Under the pieces are notes generated by a model. It saw only the letters and a program-made list of their open reading frames with translations. It ran no database searches and had not been told where the DNA came from. Below are positions 10,001 through 22,000 of a stretch of 52,715 nt of DNA, in pieces. Source of the stretch: Klebsiella phage vB_Ko_K29PH164C1. The stretch lies in the sequence record OY757094.1; one strand, written 5' to 3'. The stretch's first letter is position 1; each line of letters starts with the position of its first letter. The position numbers and the translations under genes are program-made.

Positions 10001-10285
10001 ATGCCGGAGCCGACAGACGCAGAATTAGCAGATTACGGACTAAGGCGCGAGGATTACGAGCAGGATCTTGATGTTGTTCACTTCACCGAGGAAATGGCTA
10101 GATCCTGGGATTTATTCCTCGCAATGTCAACGCAATGGCGGCAGGGTGGCGGCGGCCCGACAGGCTTAGATTATAATGCATTGCCTATCGTTATGAAGTT
10201 CTATAAAATAGACGATGACGAAGCATTGTTTAACGACTTGAGAATATTAGAGGGTGAGACTCTTCGACTATTCTACAAGAAATAA
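10001..10285 (+). CDS. Tail assembly chaperone T-domain, expressed by -1 frameshift as a G-T fusion
   Basis: Frame continues from C9974 after -1 slippage; MSTQWRQGGGGPTGLDYNAL motif of the DUF1799/T-like domain. Confidence 0.85.
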   Translation: MPEPTDAELADYGLRREDYEQDLDVVHFTEEMARSWDLFLAMSTQWRQGGGGPTGLDYNALPIVMKFYKIDDDEALFNDLRILEGETLRLFYKK

Positions 10286-10289
10286 CCAT

Positions 10290-10311
10290 AGCGCCTTCGG
10301 GCGCTTTTTTT
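10290..10311 (+). terminator. Rho-independent terminator
   Basis: AGCGCC-TTCG-GGCGCT + TTTTTT between chaperone and tape measure. Confidence 0.75.
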
Positions 10312-10324
10312 GTATGGGGGCTAT

Positions 10325-13300
10325 ATGACTGAAAAGTTTGCAGGTCTAGCGCTAGGCGTTGACGTGTCGCAAGTCGATAATGCCGTTAAGTCACTTCAGA
10401 ATTTCAAAAAAGCGAATAATGAAGGGGCGCAGGCGGTTGAAGATTTCGCGATGCAAGAATCAATGGCGAGAGCTAAGGCCAAGGCGCTGGCGGAAGAGAT
10501 CGCCAAGCAGCGAAAAGAAACAGAGCAGGCCCGAGCCGATTTTAGAAAGCTGGTTCAGGTTATCGATCCGACAGCTAAGAAAATGGACGAGCTAAGGGTT
10601 GCATCTCAAGCCCTTGATAGAGCGTGGCAGAAGGGGATTGTTCCAGATGAACAGTTTTTCAAGCTGGGCGAGATGCTCGACAACGAGGCCGGGAAGTTAA
10701 AGAACGTTCAGCTTGCGTTAACCGAAGAAGGGCGGGCGGTTCTTGCTGAAGCGAAAGAAAAAGAGCGCGCTACTCTGATTGGTGATAAGTTCATTGCCAA
10801 CCTTGAGCGGCAGGCGGCGCAGGCCGGGAAAACTAAATCAGAAATCCTGGCAATGCAGGCGGTACAGGCAGGAAGAGAAGCGCAAGCGTCACCACTAATC
10901 GCACAAATGCAGGCTCAAGAGAACGCAGCGCGCGAAGCGGCGGCAGCACTCAAGGCAGAAGCGGCGGCGAAGCGCGAGGCAGAGAATCAAGCCAAGTCTT
11001 TCATGCAGACGCTAAAGCGCCAATCTGAGGAGGTGGGGTTAAGTCGCATTGAGATCCTAGAGTTGAGAGCCGCAGAGATGGGGCTTACCGCTCAGGCCAA
11101 GCCGATGATCGACAACCTGAAGAAGCAAGCAGCGGCGATGAACGTTAACGGGTTATCCGCAGGACGTTATCGAATGGCGATGCAGCAGCTACCAATGCAG
11201 ATCACTGACGTTGTAACATCTCTCGCTTCAGGTATGCCAGTTTGGCTGGTTGCGGTTCAGCAGGGCGGGCAGATTAAGGACTCATTCGGCGGTATCGGGA
11301 ACGTTCTTAAGCTGGTTAGGCAGCAGATTACGCTAACTCGCGTCGCTATGGGTGGACTTGCTGGTGTTATGGCTACGCTGGGAATCGCGGCTTATCAATC
11401 CTACATGAATCAGCGCGAGCTACAGAGCGCACTGACAATGACGGGAGGTTACGCTGCGAAGACGGCGGCAGAGATTTACGCAGTAACCGAAGAGATTAAC
11501 CAAAACAGCAGCGCCACGATCGGGAGCATTAACGGGATCGCTACCAGCCTGGCTAAGTCCGGCAAGTACACGATTAACCAAATCAAGATGATCACCAAAA
11601 CAACGGCGGAATGGGAAGCTGTTACGGGCGAAAAATCTGATGAGGTTGTATCGCACTTCGACAAGATCGCAAAAGACCCGGTTAAGGGTTTGGCCTCTCT
11701 TAATGAGCAATTTAATTTCCTGGAGAAAGGGCAGCTAACCTACATCGCCAACCTGAAGAAAACGCAGGGAGAAACGGCAGCGGTAGACGCCGCAACCAAA
11801 CTCTTTGCCGACACGATGGACACGCGATTAGCTCAGATTGCAGATAGCGCAACGCCGCTTGAAAAAATGTGGACTGACATTAAAAAATGGTCTGCTGATT
11901 CGTGGAAGTGGGTAGGAGATCACACGGTAGCGGCATTGAACAAAGTCGTTTCGGTTGTTCAGTCGATCATTAACCAAGTTCGCGCGCTCATTGCTCAGGG
12001 CGACGCCATGATCGCAGGATTCATGGTTAAAGCTGGTGAATCTTATCAGAATTCATGGCTGGGTAAGGTTGGGCCGGATATGTCAGGCTTCATTGCTGAC
12101 CAGCGCAAGATCTGGAACGACGCCAAAAAGGATGCGGCAGACTTCGCGAAAGCGGCTGATAAAGCATATGCCGATGCAATGAAATCTGAAGACGAATGGA
12201 TTAAGAGCCGAGGCCGTGAGCAGAGCGGGAAAGGTTATAGTTCAAAAGTCAAGGATGAGGTTGCGAAGGAAGCCGAAGAACTGGCGAAGAAGGGAGCCAA
12301 GGCCCGCAAAGATCAGGTTGACGCAGGGGCGAAATTGGGCGAGCAGTACGAAGCCGAAGTTCTGGCATTGCGCGCTCAGCTTAAGGTTTTACAGGATCAC
12401 AAAGGACTTGACGACAAGATCTCGCAGCAGAGAAAGACCTACTGGAATGATGTTGCGCGATTCCAGATCCTTGAGGAAGCCGCAGGCCGTCGCAAGTTGA
12501 CGAACAGCGAAAAGCAGCTATTAGCCCAAAAGGAAATCATTCTAGCGGCGTCCAAGGAAAAGGCCGAAATTGGTGATCAGATTGTTCAGCAGGAGCGTTT
12601 AAACGCGCTACTTGATAAATCAGTCAAGCACCATAACGAGATGCTAGCCAAGCGCCAGGCTCTTAAGGCAACCGAGGGGATGAGCGATCGCCAAGCTTCG
12701 CGATACACGGAAACCGAGAAGCTTCGCACTGACTGGATTAATGGCGGCGGAAAGGATACCGATTCCGGCTACTTAAGCATGAAAAAGGATATGGAAGATT
12801 ACTACGCTGAAGAGGACGCGCTTAGAGGTAGTTGGGAGGCTGGAGTTTCTAAGGCGTGGGCCAACATTGGCGATCAGGTGATGGACGTATCCGGCAACAT
12901 GCAGAGCGTTATAGAGGGGGCATTCAACGGCGCGGCTGATGCAATGACAACCTTCCTGCTAACTGGTAAGATGAACTTCGGGGAGTTTGCAAAAAGCATC
13001 CTTGCGGACTTAACGAAGATGCTTGTTAAGATGGCTCTATTTAACGCGATGGCTTCAATGTTTGGGGGGTTTGGAGGGGCAGCGTCGGGCGCTGGCGCAT
13101 CATCCGGTACAGCGGTAAGTAATTGGGGTGGTTCGCTCTTCGCAAATGGTGGGTACACTGGCGACGGCGGGAAGTACGAGCCTAAAGGCGTTGTTCATGG
13201 CGGTGAGTTCGTATTCACCAAGGAGGCGACAAAACGAATTGGCCCGGACAACCTTCACAAGCTTATGCGCGGCTACGCGAATGGCGGTCTTGTTGGCTCC

Positions 13301-13510
13301 GTTCCAACCTCGGGGAGTGGCACCACGACAACCGGAAGCGGCGGAATCCAATTCCAGATGGGCGACGTTGTTTTGCAGGGGGTAGGCTCTTCAGGGCCGG
13401 ACGCTAAAGCAATGGAGCAGGGCGTTAGAGCTATCTTTAACGATATGATTAACACGGAAACGCGCCAGGGTGGCAGGCTATACAACCTGATTAATGGGGG
13501 TAAAAAATAA
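10325..13510 (+). CDS. Tail tape measure protein
   Basis: 1061 aa, coiled coils, central hydrophobic segments, GKMNFGEFAKSILADLTKMLVKMALFNAM lambda-type C-terminal motif. Confidence 0.93.
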   Translation: MTEKFAGLALGVDVSQVDNAVKSLQNFKKANNEGAQAVEDFAMQESMARAKAKALAEEIAKQRKETEQARADFRKLVQVIDPTAKKMDELRVASQALDRAWQKGIVPDEQFFKLGEMLDNEAGKLKNVQLALTEEGRAVLAEAKEKERATLIGDKFIANLERQAAQAGKTKSEILAMQAVQAGREAQASPLIAQMQAQENAAREAAAALKAEAAAKREAENQAKSFMQTLKRQSEEVGLSRIEILELRAAEMGLTAQAKPMIDNLKKQAAAMNVNGLSAGRYRMAMQQLPMQITDVVTSLASGMPVWLVAVQQGGQIKDSFGGIGNVLKLVRQQITLTRVAMGGLAGVMATLGIAAYQSYMNQRELQSALTMTGGYAAKTAAEIYAVTEEINQNSSATIGSINGIATSLAKSGKYTINQIKMITKTTAEWEAVTGEKSDEVVSHFDKIAKDPVKGLASLNEQFNFLEKGQLTYIANLKKTQGETAAVDAATKLFADTMDTRLAQIADSATPLEKMWTDIKKWSADSWKWVGDHTVAALNKVVSVVQSIINQVRALIAQGDAMIAGFMVKAGESYQNSWLGKVGPDMSGFIADQRKIWNDAKKDAADFAKAADKAYADAMKSEDEWIKSRGREQSGKGYSSKVKDEVAKEAEELAKKGAKARKDQVDAGAKLGEQYEAEVLALRAQLKVLQDHKGLDDKISQQRKTYWNDVARFQILEEAAGRRKLTNSEKQLLAQKEIILAASKEKAEIGDQIVQQERLNALLDKSVKHHNEMLAKRQALKATEGMSDRQASRYTETEKLRTDWINGGGKDTDSGYLSMKKDMEDYYAEEDALRGSWEAGVSKAWANIGDQVMDVSGNMQSVIEGAFNGAADAMTTFLLTGKMNFGEFAKSILADLTKMLVKMALFNAMASMFGGFGGAASGAGASSGTAVSNWGGSLFANGGYTGDGGKYEPKGVVHGGEFVFTKEATKRIGPDNLHKLMRGYANGGLVGSVPTSGSGTTTTGSGGIQFQMGDVVLQGVGSSGPDAKAMEQGVRAIFNDMINTETRQGGRLYNLINGGKK

Positions 13511-13864
13511 ATGAAGCTGAAAACATTTACATGGTGTACTCAGATTCAGGGAGGGGCGGCGCAAGTCGCCGCTACCAACAATATGAGATCTGCTCAATTC
13601 GGCAATGGATTTATCCAATCAGCATCATCGGGGATAAACACTCGCCGCCGTAGCTCTAACATTGTCCACGGCTCATCGAAGCACTGGCGGGAGGTTTACG
13701 ACTTTTGCAACGAGCACGTAATGAAGCCGTTTATCTGGACTCCGGCAGATGGGAGGATGGGGGTATTTATCGTCCTCCCGGATACGGTAGTTTTGAAGCC
13801 AGTAGCCGGAAAACTGTATGAGGTTACGGCAACGTTTGAAGAAAGATTTACCGCATTCAAATAG
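13511..13864 (+). CDS. Minor tail protein M-like
   Basis: Position and HxxxWR...F.W...G motifs; followed by the L-like gene. Confidence 0.75.
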   Translation: MKLKTFTWCTQIQGGAAQVAATNNMRSAQFGNGFIQSASSGINTRRRSSNIVHGSSKHWREVYDFCNEHVMKPFIWTPADGRMGVFIVLPDTVVLKPVAGKLYEVTATFEERFTAFK

Positions 13865-13928
13865 CACATTTTGCCGCCCATCGTGGCGGCTTTTGTGTTA
13901 CCATCTCAAAACCAATAAGGGAGGTTCT

Positions 13929-14681
13929 ATGAAAAACAACTTATCATCAAACTTTGTAAACTGCCTTGAGTCGCTTTACCCTGGGGAGATCTTAACTCTC
14001 GTTGAGGTTGACGGCGAGAAGTTCGGCGCGCAGGTATACCGATTCCATAACGAGAATATTCAATTCACAACTGAAGAGCTTCTTCGTGTCCAGGCTGGCG
14101 GAGAATTACCGCAGAAGAATATAATCTTCCAGGGTAACGAGTATGGGCCGCGCCCGTTCGGGATCTCGGGAATTGAGTTAAGCACCGATGGAAAGGCGAA
14201 TAAACCTAAGCTTGTCCTGTCAAATATTGACGCGCAAGTTTCCGCTCTAATCCGGGCATACAACGGCATGATGCAAGCCAAGGTTACGATCTGGATTCTT
14301 GTTAAAGATCTGCTTAAAGACAACGGAACTGTTGAGCCTGGAGACTTCCGGCGATTGGTTTACTACATTGAGCGCCCGGAAAGTGTAGACCAGCAAAAGG
14401 CAACCTTTGAACTAACCAGCCCGTTTGATATGGATGGCGTGAACGTCCCGGCGCGGCTAACTCAAACGGTTTGCTATTGGGCGCAGCGCGGATGGTACAA
14501 GAGCGGTAAGGGCTGCATGTATCGGGGCCAGAATGGATATTTCGACAAAGACGGAAAGCCAACCGACGACCCGGCCCAAGATTATTGCCCTGGCCTTGTC
14601 TCTTCGTGTAGACTAAGATTTAAAAGTGAGCCGCTGGACTTTGGCGGATGCGCAACGGCAACGGTTAAATCAGGAACTTAA
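13929..14681 (+). CDS. Minor tail protein L-like
   Basis: Lambda L synteny; conserved cysteines CYWAQRGWYKSGKGCMYRG...CPGLVSSCRLRF. Confidence 0.85.
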   Translation: MKNNLSSNFVNCLESLYPGEILTLVEVDGEKFGAQVYRFHNENIQFTTEELLRVQAGGELPQKNIIFQGNEYGPRPFGISGIELSTDGKANKPKLVLSNIDAQVSALIRAYNGMMQAKVTIWILVKDLLKDNGTVEPGDFRRLVYYIERPESVDQQKATFELTSPFDMDGVNVPARLTQTVCYWAQRGWYKSGKGCMYRGQNGYFDKDGKPTDDPAQDYCPGLVSSCRLRFKSEPLDFGGCATATVKSGT

Positions 14682-14683
14682 TC

Positions 14684-15418
14684 ATGATACAACCAAAAAT
14701 TAAGATGGCGATCTTTGAGCACGCAAAAGAGGTATACCCGCATGAATGCGCGGGTTTAATCACGCAAAAGGGGCGGGTTCAGAAATACCACGCGATCGAC
14801 AATGTGGCGGCAGACCCTGAAAACCAATGCGTGCCAGATGAAAAGCAGTACGGCGAAATCATGCTAGAGAATGAAGGTAAGGTTGTGGCGTTTGTTCATT
14901 CTCACACTGGCGACGGAGCAACCACGATCCCAAGCGCACATGATGTTTGCATGTGCAACGAGTTTGAAATCCCGTTCGTTATTGTTAGCTTGCCGGAAGG
15001 TGATCTTCGAGTTATAGAACCAACCACCACGCCTCTGATTGGTCGGCCCTGGTCTTTGGGTTCATACGATTGCTGGGGGCTGATTATGTCGTTTCACAAA
15101 CTGCATGGCATAGAACTAAACGACTTCCGAAAGCCTTACGAGTGGTGGAAGGAAGGAGAGGACTTGTACGCCGAAAACTGGCAAACTGAAGGGTTCGAGG
15201 AGGTGTACGGCCCGCCGCGATTTGGCGATATGATCATCTTCCAACTTCAATCGCCAGTGTGGAACCATGCTGGGATTTACGTAGGAAACAACGAGATCAT
15301 TCACCACTTGCAAGGGCGTTTATCAAGCGTCGATTTGTATAGCGGTTGGTATGAAGAGAAAACCGTTTTGGTTTGCAGACATAAGGATCTTAAACATGGC
15401 ATCATTGAAAAATATTAA
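14684..15418 (+). CDS. Tail assembly protein K-like (JAB peptidase + NlpC/P60)
   Basis: HPHECAGLITQ...FVHSHTG...PSAHDVCMCN (JAB/MPN), SYDCWGLI...WNHAGIYVG...IIHHLQG (NlpC/P60). Confidence 0.9.
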   Translation: MIQPKIKMAIFEHAKEVYPHECAGLITQKGRVQKYHAIDNVAADPENQCVPDEKQYGEIMLENEGKVVAFVHSHTGDGATTIPSAHDVCMCNEFEIPFVIVSLPEGDLRVIEPTTTPLIGRPWSLGSYDCWGLIMSFHKLHGIELNDFRKPYEWWKEGEDLYAENWQTEGFEEVYGPPRFGDMIIFQLQSPVWNHAGIYVGNNEIIHHLQGRLSSVDLYSGWYEEKTVLVCRHKDLKHGIIEKY

Positions 15419-15992
15419 GCTTAGCGGTTCGCTGGGGCGCAGATTCGGAGTATTCCACAAGTTCGCCGTAGATAGTTTCCCGGAATGCATCCGGGCAATG
15501 ACCTATCAGGTAGAAGGCTTCAAGGAATATATTTCGAGTGAAGTTGGTAGCCGGACGAGATTTGCTGTATTCGTTGACGGAAAGAACGTAGGCCAGCATG
15601 ACTTACGGGCTTTTAAATGCGCTCGCGAGATCAGAATAATCCCGGTTCCAACGGCAGCAAAAAACGCCGGACTCTTCCAGATCGTATTGGGGGCGGTGAT
15701 TATGGCTACCGCTTTCTTTACTGGTGGCGCTTCACTCGCGGCAATGGGCGCTATGTCATCTGCGGCTTTCATGGCTGGCGGCGCAATGGTTTTGGGTGGC
15801 ATTACACAGATCTTATCACCTCAACCTGGCGGGTTAAGCAGATCTTCGGGCGTGGACAATAAACCATCGTATGCCTTTGGCGGGGCGATTAACACCACGG
15901 CGGCGGGCTATCCGGTTCAGCTTCCGTATGGTTATAGATCTGCTGGCGGCGCGCTGTTTTCTTCTGGCTCATACGCAGAAGACCAAGTTTAA
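15396..15992 (+). CDS. Tail assembly protein I-like
   Basis: LSGSLGRRFGVFHKFAVDSFPECIRAMTYQVEGF plus hydrophobic Gly/Ala-rich centre; precedes J. Confidence 0.85.
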   Translation: MASLKNIKLSGSLGRRFGVFHKFAVDSFPECIRAMTYQVEGFKEYISSEVGSRTRFAVFVDGKNVGQHDLRAFKCAREIRIIPVPTAAKNAGLFQIVLGAVIMATAFFTGGASLAAMGAMSSAAFMAGGAMVLGGITQILSPQPGGLSRSSGVDNKPSYAFGGAINTTAAGYPVQLPYGYRSAGGALFSSGSYAEDQV

Positions 15993-16082
15993 AAAACAAA
16001 AGCACTTTTTACCCTGTAGGCTATGGCCTACGGGGTTTTTGTGTTGTATAATTTCCGGGAAATCAAAACAGGAGGCAAATTA

Positions 16083-19000
16083 ATGTCAAAAGTAATAACC
16101 GCAATGGGTAAGGGTGGCAGCAGCACGCCGCGCCAGCCAAAAGAGATGCCCGACAACCTCATCTCTAAAGACAGGATTAAGCTTCTTCTCGCGGTTGCTG
16201 ATGGTGAAGTAGAGAACGATTTCAACCTTAAGCAACTGATGTTTGGCGGCGTCCCGGTTCAAAACGAAAGTGGGGAGTTCAACTACCCGGACGTGATCGC
16301 GGAGTTCAGACCAGGTACGCAGACTCAAGACTTTATTCAAGGGTTCACCGAATCAAGTTCTGAAGTAACCGTTGCGCGTGACGTCAAGGCTAACCAACCA
16401 TACTCACTGACCGTTACCAACAAAAACCTTTCGGCCATTCGCTTCCGCCTTTTATGGCCTCGCGTACTTCAGCAGAAAGATAACGGCGACATGGTAGGCT
16501 CAAAGGTTGAATATGCCTTTGATATGGCGGTTGACGGAGCGGCGTTTAAAGAGGTACTCCGCGACAATATCGACGGAAAGAATACCACTGGCGGATATGA
16601 TCGAAGCATTCGCATTAACTTGCCGCAGGACTTCGCCAGCCAAGTAATTTTGCGAGTTCGCCGAATCACGCCGGATGCAGACGGGGTAAAAACGGTTGAC
16701 GCCTTTAAGGTTCAGAGTTACGCCGAAGTTATTGATGCCCGCTTCCGCTACCCGTTAACCGCGCTTCTCTATGTTGAGTTTGATTCGGACTTGTTCGAGA
16801 ACAACATCCCGACAATCTCCATTAAGAAGAAGTGGAAGATAATCCAGGTTCCGAGCAACTACGACCCGATCGGCAGGACTTACAACGGGACGTGGAACGG
16901 TACATTTAAATGGGCCTGGAGCAACAACCCGGCGTGGGTACTTTATGACCTGATAACCAATCAGCGATACGGACTCGATCAGAAAGAGTTAGGAATCCCG
17001 GTTGATAAGTGGTCACTGTATGAAGTTGCGCAGTATTGCGATCAGAAGGTTCCAGACAACAAAGGCGGCGAAGAGCCTCGTTACCTTTGTGATATGGTTG
17101 TACAGGATCAGGTTGAAGCTTATCGGTTGATTCGCGACGTTTGCTCTATCTTCCGTGGAATGAGCTTCTACAACGGCGAGAGTATCTCAATCGTTGTTGA
17201 TAAGCCTCGTAATCCTGTTTACTTGTTCACTAACGACAACGTTATTGATGGTTATTTCGGTTACACGTTCGCCTCCGAAAAGAGCATGTATACGACCGTT
17301 AACGTGATGTTTGATGACGAAGAGAACGCCTATACTCAGGACGTTGAGCCTGTTTATGATGCGGTAGCTAGTCGCAGATTCGGTCACAACCCAACGGACA
17401 TTACAGCGATCGGATGTGTTCGACGCACTGAGGCCAACCGCCGAGGGCGCTGGATTATTAAAACCAACCTCCGCAGCGAAACGGTAAACTTTGCAACCGG
17501 ATTGCAGGGCATGATCCCGACTTGCGGCGACGTTATCCAGGTTCTTGACGCGCATTACCAAAGCAACTTTGGCCTCATCCTTAGCGGAAGGGTTAGCGAA
17601 GTTTCCGGCCTTCAAGTTTTCTTGCCGATGAAGACAGACGCAAAAGCGGGTGACTTCATTATCATGAACAAGCCGGACGGCGCGCCAGTTAAGCGCACGA
17701 TCGCAAGCGTATCAAGCGACGGCATAACGTTAACTCTTAACGTTGGATTCGGATTTGACGTTGCGCCGGATGCAGTATTCGCGATTGAACGTACAGACCT
17801 GGCGATGAAGCTTTACGTTGTAATGAGCATCTCCAAGGGCAGCGACGAAGAAGAGTTTCAGTATAATATTTCAGCGGTTGAGTATAACCCTGGCAAGTAC
17901 GACGAGATCGATTATGGAGTCATCACCGATGAGCGACCAACGAGCATCGTTGAGCCTGATTCGATGCCAGCGCCGCAGGATGTAACAATCTCTTCATTCT
18001 CTCGCGTGGTTCAGGGCTTAAGCCTGGAAACAATGGTTGTAGGGTGGAGCAAGGTTCGTTACGCATCGGTTTACGAGATGCAATGGCGTAAGGATGGCGG
18101 CAACTGGCTTAACACTCCGCGCACGGCAACAACCGAAACTCAAGTGGAGGGAATTTACTCCGGGGTTTACGAGGTAAGGGTTAGGGCGATTAACGCTGGT
18201 GGGGTTGCTTCTCCGTGGTCTGATATAGTCGCTAAGTCGCTGACTGGTAAAGTTGGCAAGCCGAAAGCGCCGACCGGGATCACAGCATCGGATAACGAAG
18301 TTTTAGGCATTCGCGTTAAGTGGTCTATGCCTGAAGGCTCAGGCGATACTGCCTATATTGAATTGCACCAGTCGCCAGATAACAACGATGCTAACTCATC
18401 GCTGTTAACTATGGTTCCTTATCCTGCTTTCGAATATTGGCATAGCACGCTAAGAAGCGGTCAGGTTGTTTGGTACAAGGTTAGAGCGGTTGACCGCATC
18501 GGCAACGTATCTGACTGGACGAAACTCGCTCGCGGCATGGCGACCGACGATGTAGATCAGATAATGGATACCATTAAGATCGACATTCAAGGCACGGAAG
18601 GATACAAGGAGTTACAGAAGAATATCTTCGAAACAAACGAGCGGATTGATGAAGCCGAGCAGACCATCGCCAAGGTTGACGCAGACGCTAAGCAGGGAAT
18701 CACAGAAGCCAAAAAGGATGCAGCAGATGCCAAGAAGCGAGCCGAAGAAGTTAACACGGCAGCGCAGAAAGGAATCAACGAAGCGAAGGCGGCAGCTAAA
18801 GCAGCAGACGACCACGCAACGCAAGTTGGAAAGGATGCTACGGCGGGACTGGCAGAAGCCAACGCAAAAACCGAACAAGTAAGGAAGGATGCAGAGCAGG
18901 GAATCGCCGAGGCGAAGAACGACGCCAAAGCGGCGAAGGATGAGTCGCTAAGGGTTGAGGCCAAGGCTGATAAAGGAATCAGCGAAGCCAAAGACGACGC

Positions 19001-22000
19001 CAAGAAGGCAAGCGACGCAGCGGCGGCGGCTGGAGACAAGGCAGGGCAGGCGATAGAGGAGGCTCAAGGGGCACTAAGCGAATCAATCAAGAATGCTGGA
19101 AACATCGATGCGCTAGGAAATGCCGTTATAGAAAACGCTCAAAGCCAAAGCGAGATGTACATCCACTTTGAGAAGGAGAACGGCGACAGAAAGGCAGAAT
19201 ATGATCAGGCTGTAACGATGGTTGTAAACGAGTCTGAAGCCAGGGTTGAACAAGTTGAACGCCTCCGGGTTGAAATGGGAGACAGCATTACCGCCAGCAA
19301 CACGGAACTGAAGCAGGCGATCGCGACCGAAACGGAAGCGAGAGCAACGCAGATGAACCAGCTTACAGCAACCATGAATGAAAAATTCACGGCGACAGAT
19401 AAGCAGTGGCGGGAGGCGGTAGCCAGCGAGGAGCAAGCCAGGGTATCGGCAATCGGTGAGATGAAGGCGCAAGTTGATAAGGACATTGCAGCGACAAGCA
19501 AGACGCTAACCGAAGCAATCGCAACCGAAACCGAGGCAAGGATTCAGGCTATTAACGAGCTTGAAGCCAAGATCGGCGACGGCGTGGAAGCTGACTTGAC
19601 AGAAGTTAAGAAGGCGATCGCAACGGAGACGGAAGCGCGCGTTGAAGGTGATAGACGCCTTGAGGCAAAGTTTGATAAAGGCTTGTCTGACTCCAACGCC
19701 AAGATCACCGCCAACGAGAAAGCCATTGCTGAAGAAGGAAAGGCAAGGGTTGAGCAGTACAACCAGCTTAAGGCAACGGTTGACAGCAACAAGAAGGCGA
19801 CAGATGCAAGCATTACTCAGCTTGACAAGGCCATCGCAACCGAGACGGAAGCGAGGGTTTCGCAGTACGGAGAGCTTAAGGCGAGCATCGAAAAGAACGA
19901 TAAGGACATTAACGCCAAGGTAGACGCCAACGTTAAAACGCTAACGGAAGCAATCGCGACAGAAGAGGCGGCAAGGGTTAAGCAGTACAACGAACTTAAC
20001 GCCAAGGTTGACAGCAATAAGAAAGCCACGGATGCGGCAATCTCCGAGTTAACCGAAGTAGTCGCTACTGACCGGGAAGCCAGCGCCAGCAAAATCACAG
20101 AGCTAACGGCAAGTGTTAGCGCAGTGGCGGAAGGTGTTGTTGAGAACGCATTAGCCAACGACAAGACAAGCAAGGAGTCGGCAGCGGGAATAAAGGAGGT
20201 AAGAGAGGTAATCGCTAACGAAACCGAAGCGAGAGCGGAGATGATAACTCAGTTACAAACATCATTCGACGCAGAGATCGGGAAAGTTAACGCGAACGTT
20301 ACCAACTTAAGCCAGGCGATCAGTGATGAGCAAGGAGCGAGGGTTCAGCAGTACAACGAGCTTAAGGCGAGCATTGAGGGGCAGGATTTCAAAACAGAAT
20401 CCTATTACTACTCACTAAGCCAAGCCATAAGCACCGAGGAAGAGTCGCGAGTTAAGCAGTACGAAGAGCTTAACGCAAAACTTGAATCCGGTCAGGGTGG
20501 TACTGATGCCGCAATTAAGAACCTTCAGGAAGCGATCGCAACCGAAGAGAAGGCGAGAGCGCAGGCAGTTAGCGATCTTGATGCCAACATGAAATCGGAG
20601 TTTGGCAAAACAAACGCCAACGTTAAAAACGTATCCGACGCGCTAGCAGAAGAGAAGCAGGTTAGAGCGCAGCAGTACACGGAGCTAAACGGCAAGATCT
20701 CCACAACGGATAAGGAGCTTGCAGCTCAGGTTAAGCGCTTAGATACGGCGATTGTTACGGAAAAGGAAGCCAGAACAGAGCAGTACAACCAGCTTAAAGC
20801 CACGGTTGACGCCAACAAAAAGACGGCTGACGCCAACTATCAGGAGAACAAAACTGCGGTCTCTAACGAGACGCAAGCGAGGGTTAAAGCAGTAAGCGAC
20901 CTTGACGCGAGCATGAAATCCGAGTTCGGAAAGACTAACGCGAACGTTAAAACGGTATCGGATGCACTAGCGGAGGAAACCAAAGTTCGCGCGCAGCAGT
21001 ACACCGAATTGAACGGCAAGATCACGGCGGCAGGAACGGAAAGCGCCGCGCAGATTAAGCGACTGGATGAGGCAATCGCTGAAGAGAAGCAGGCCCGCAC
21101 TACTCAGTACAACGCATTGAATGCTACGATTGAGAAGAACAACAAGGACATTAACACCAAGGTTGATGCCAGCGTTAAGCAGTTAACGGAGGCGATCGCC
21201 ACCGAGGAGGCGGCAAGGGTTAAGCAGTACAACGAACTTAAGGCAACGGTTGACAGCAACAAAAAAGCGGTTGACTCTGCAATCACTGAAATGAACGAAG
21301 TGATAGCGACGGAGAAGGAAGCAACCGCCAGCAAGATAACCGACTTGACCGCCAGTATGGGGGCGACTGGAGAGGCGGCGCTTGAAAATGCATTAGCCAG
21401 CGATCAGGAATCGAAACGCCGTGAGGCGCAATATCGAAACGTGGTTGAGGTTATTGCTAACGAGACTCAATCGCGAGTAACTCAAATGGAAGAGCTTACA
21501 GCGACATTTGTTGCAAGCGACGCAACTACAAACGGAAGGATAACTAACCTTCAGGAGGTGATTACTAACGACAAAGAGGCTAATGCCAAACAGTTTACGG
21601 AGATTGACGCGAAGTTTGAGCGGGCGGATTTTTACGCAAACGCGAACTACTCCAAGTTGAACCAGGCAATAGCTAGTGAAACAGAGGCGAGAATTAAGCA
21701 GTACGAAGAGCTTAAGGCCAGCATCGGCGACGATATCCAGGGCGAGATAAACAACTTGCAGCAGGCCATCGCAGACGAAACGCAAGCCAGAACACAAGCG
21801 ATTCAGAACCTTGATTCTAAGTTTAACACTGAGAACGGTAAGACAAACGCCAGCGTTAAAACCGTATCCGATGCACTGGCTACGGAAAAGAGTTCCACGG
21901 CGCAAAGGTTCTCGGATGTTAACGCCAAAGTTGACGGTTTGGAGAAGTCAACTAACGCTTCAGTTAAGCGACTGGATGAGGCAATCGCCAGTGAAACGGA

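Noticed and set aside
16023-16082. Upstream in-frame start of the J-like ORF (MAYGVFVLYNFREIKTGGKL...)
   Set aside because: ATG 16083 is preceded by a strong AGGAGG RBS and begins the conserved MSKVITAMGKGG N-terminus; the extension overlaps a terminator hairpin and -10-like sequence.
18587-21905. Large minus-strand ORFs (18587-19039, 19544-19813, 21393-21905 and others) opposite the J-like gene
   Set aside because: They are complement-frame shadows of the Ala/Lys/Glu-rich coiled-coil repeat (Leu/Ala/Ser-rich low-complexity products) without RBS or coding-like composition.
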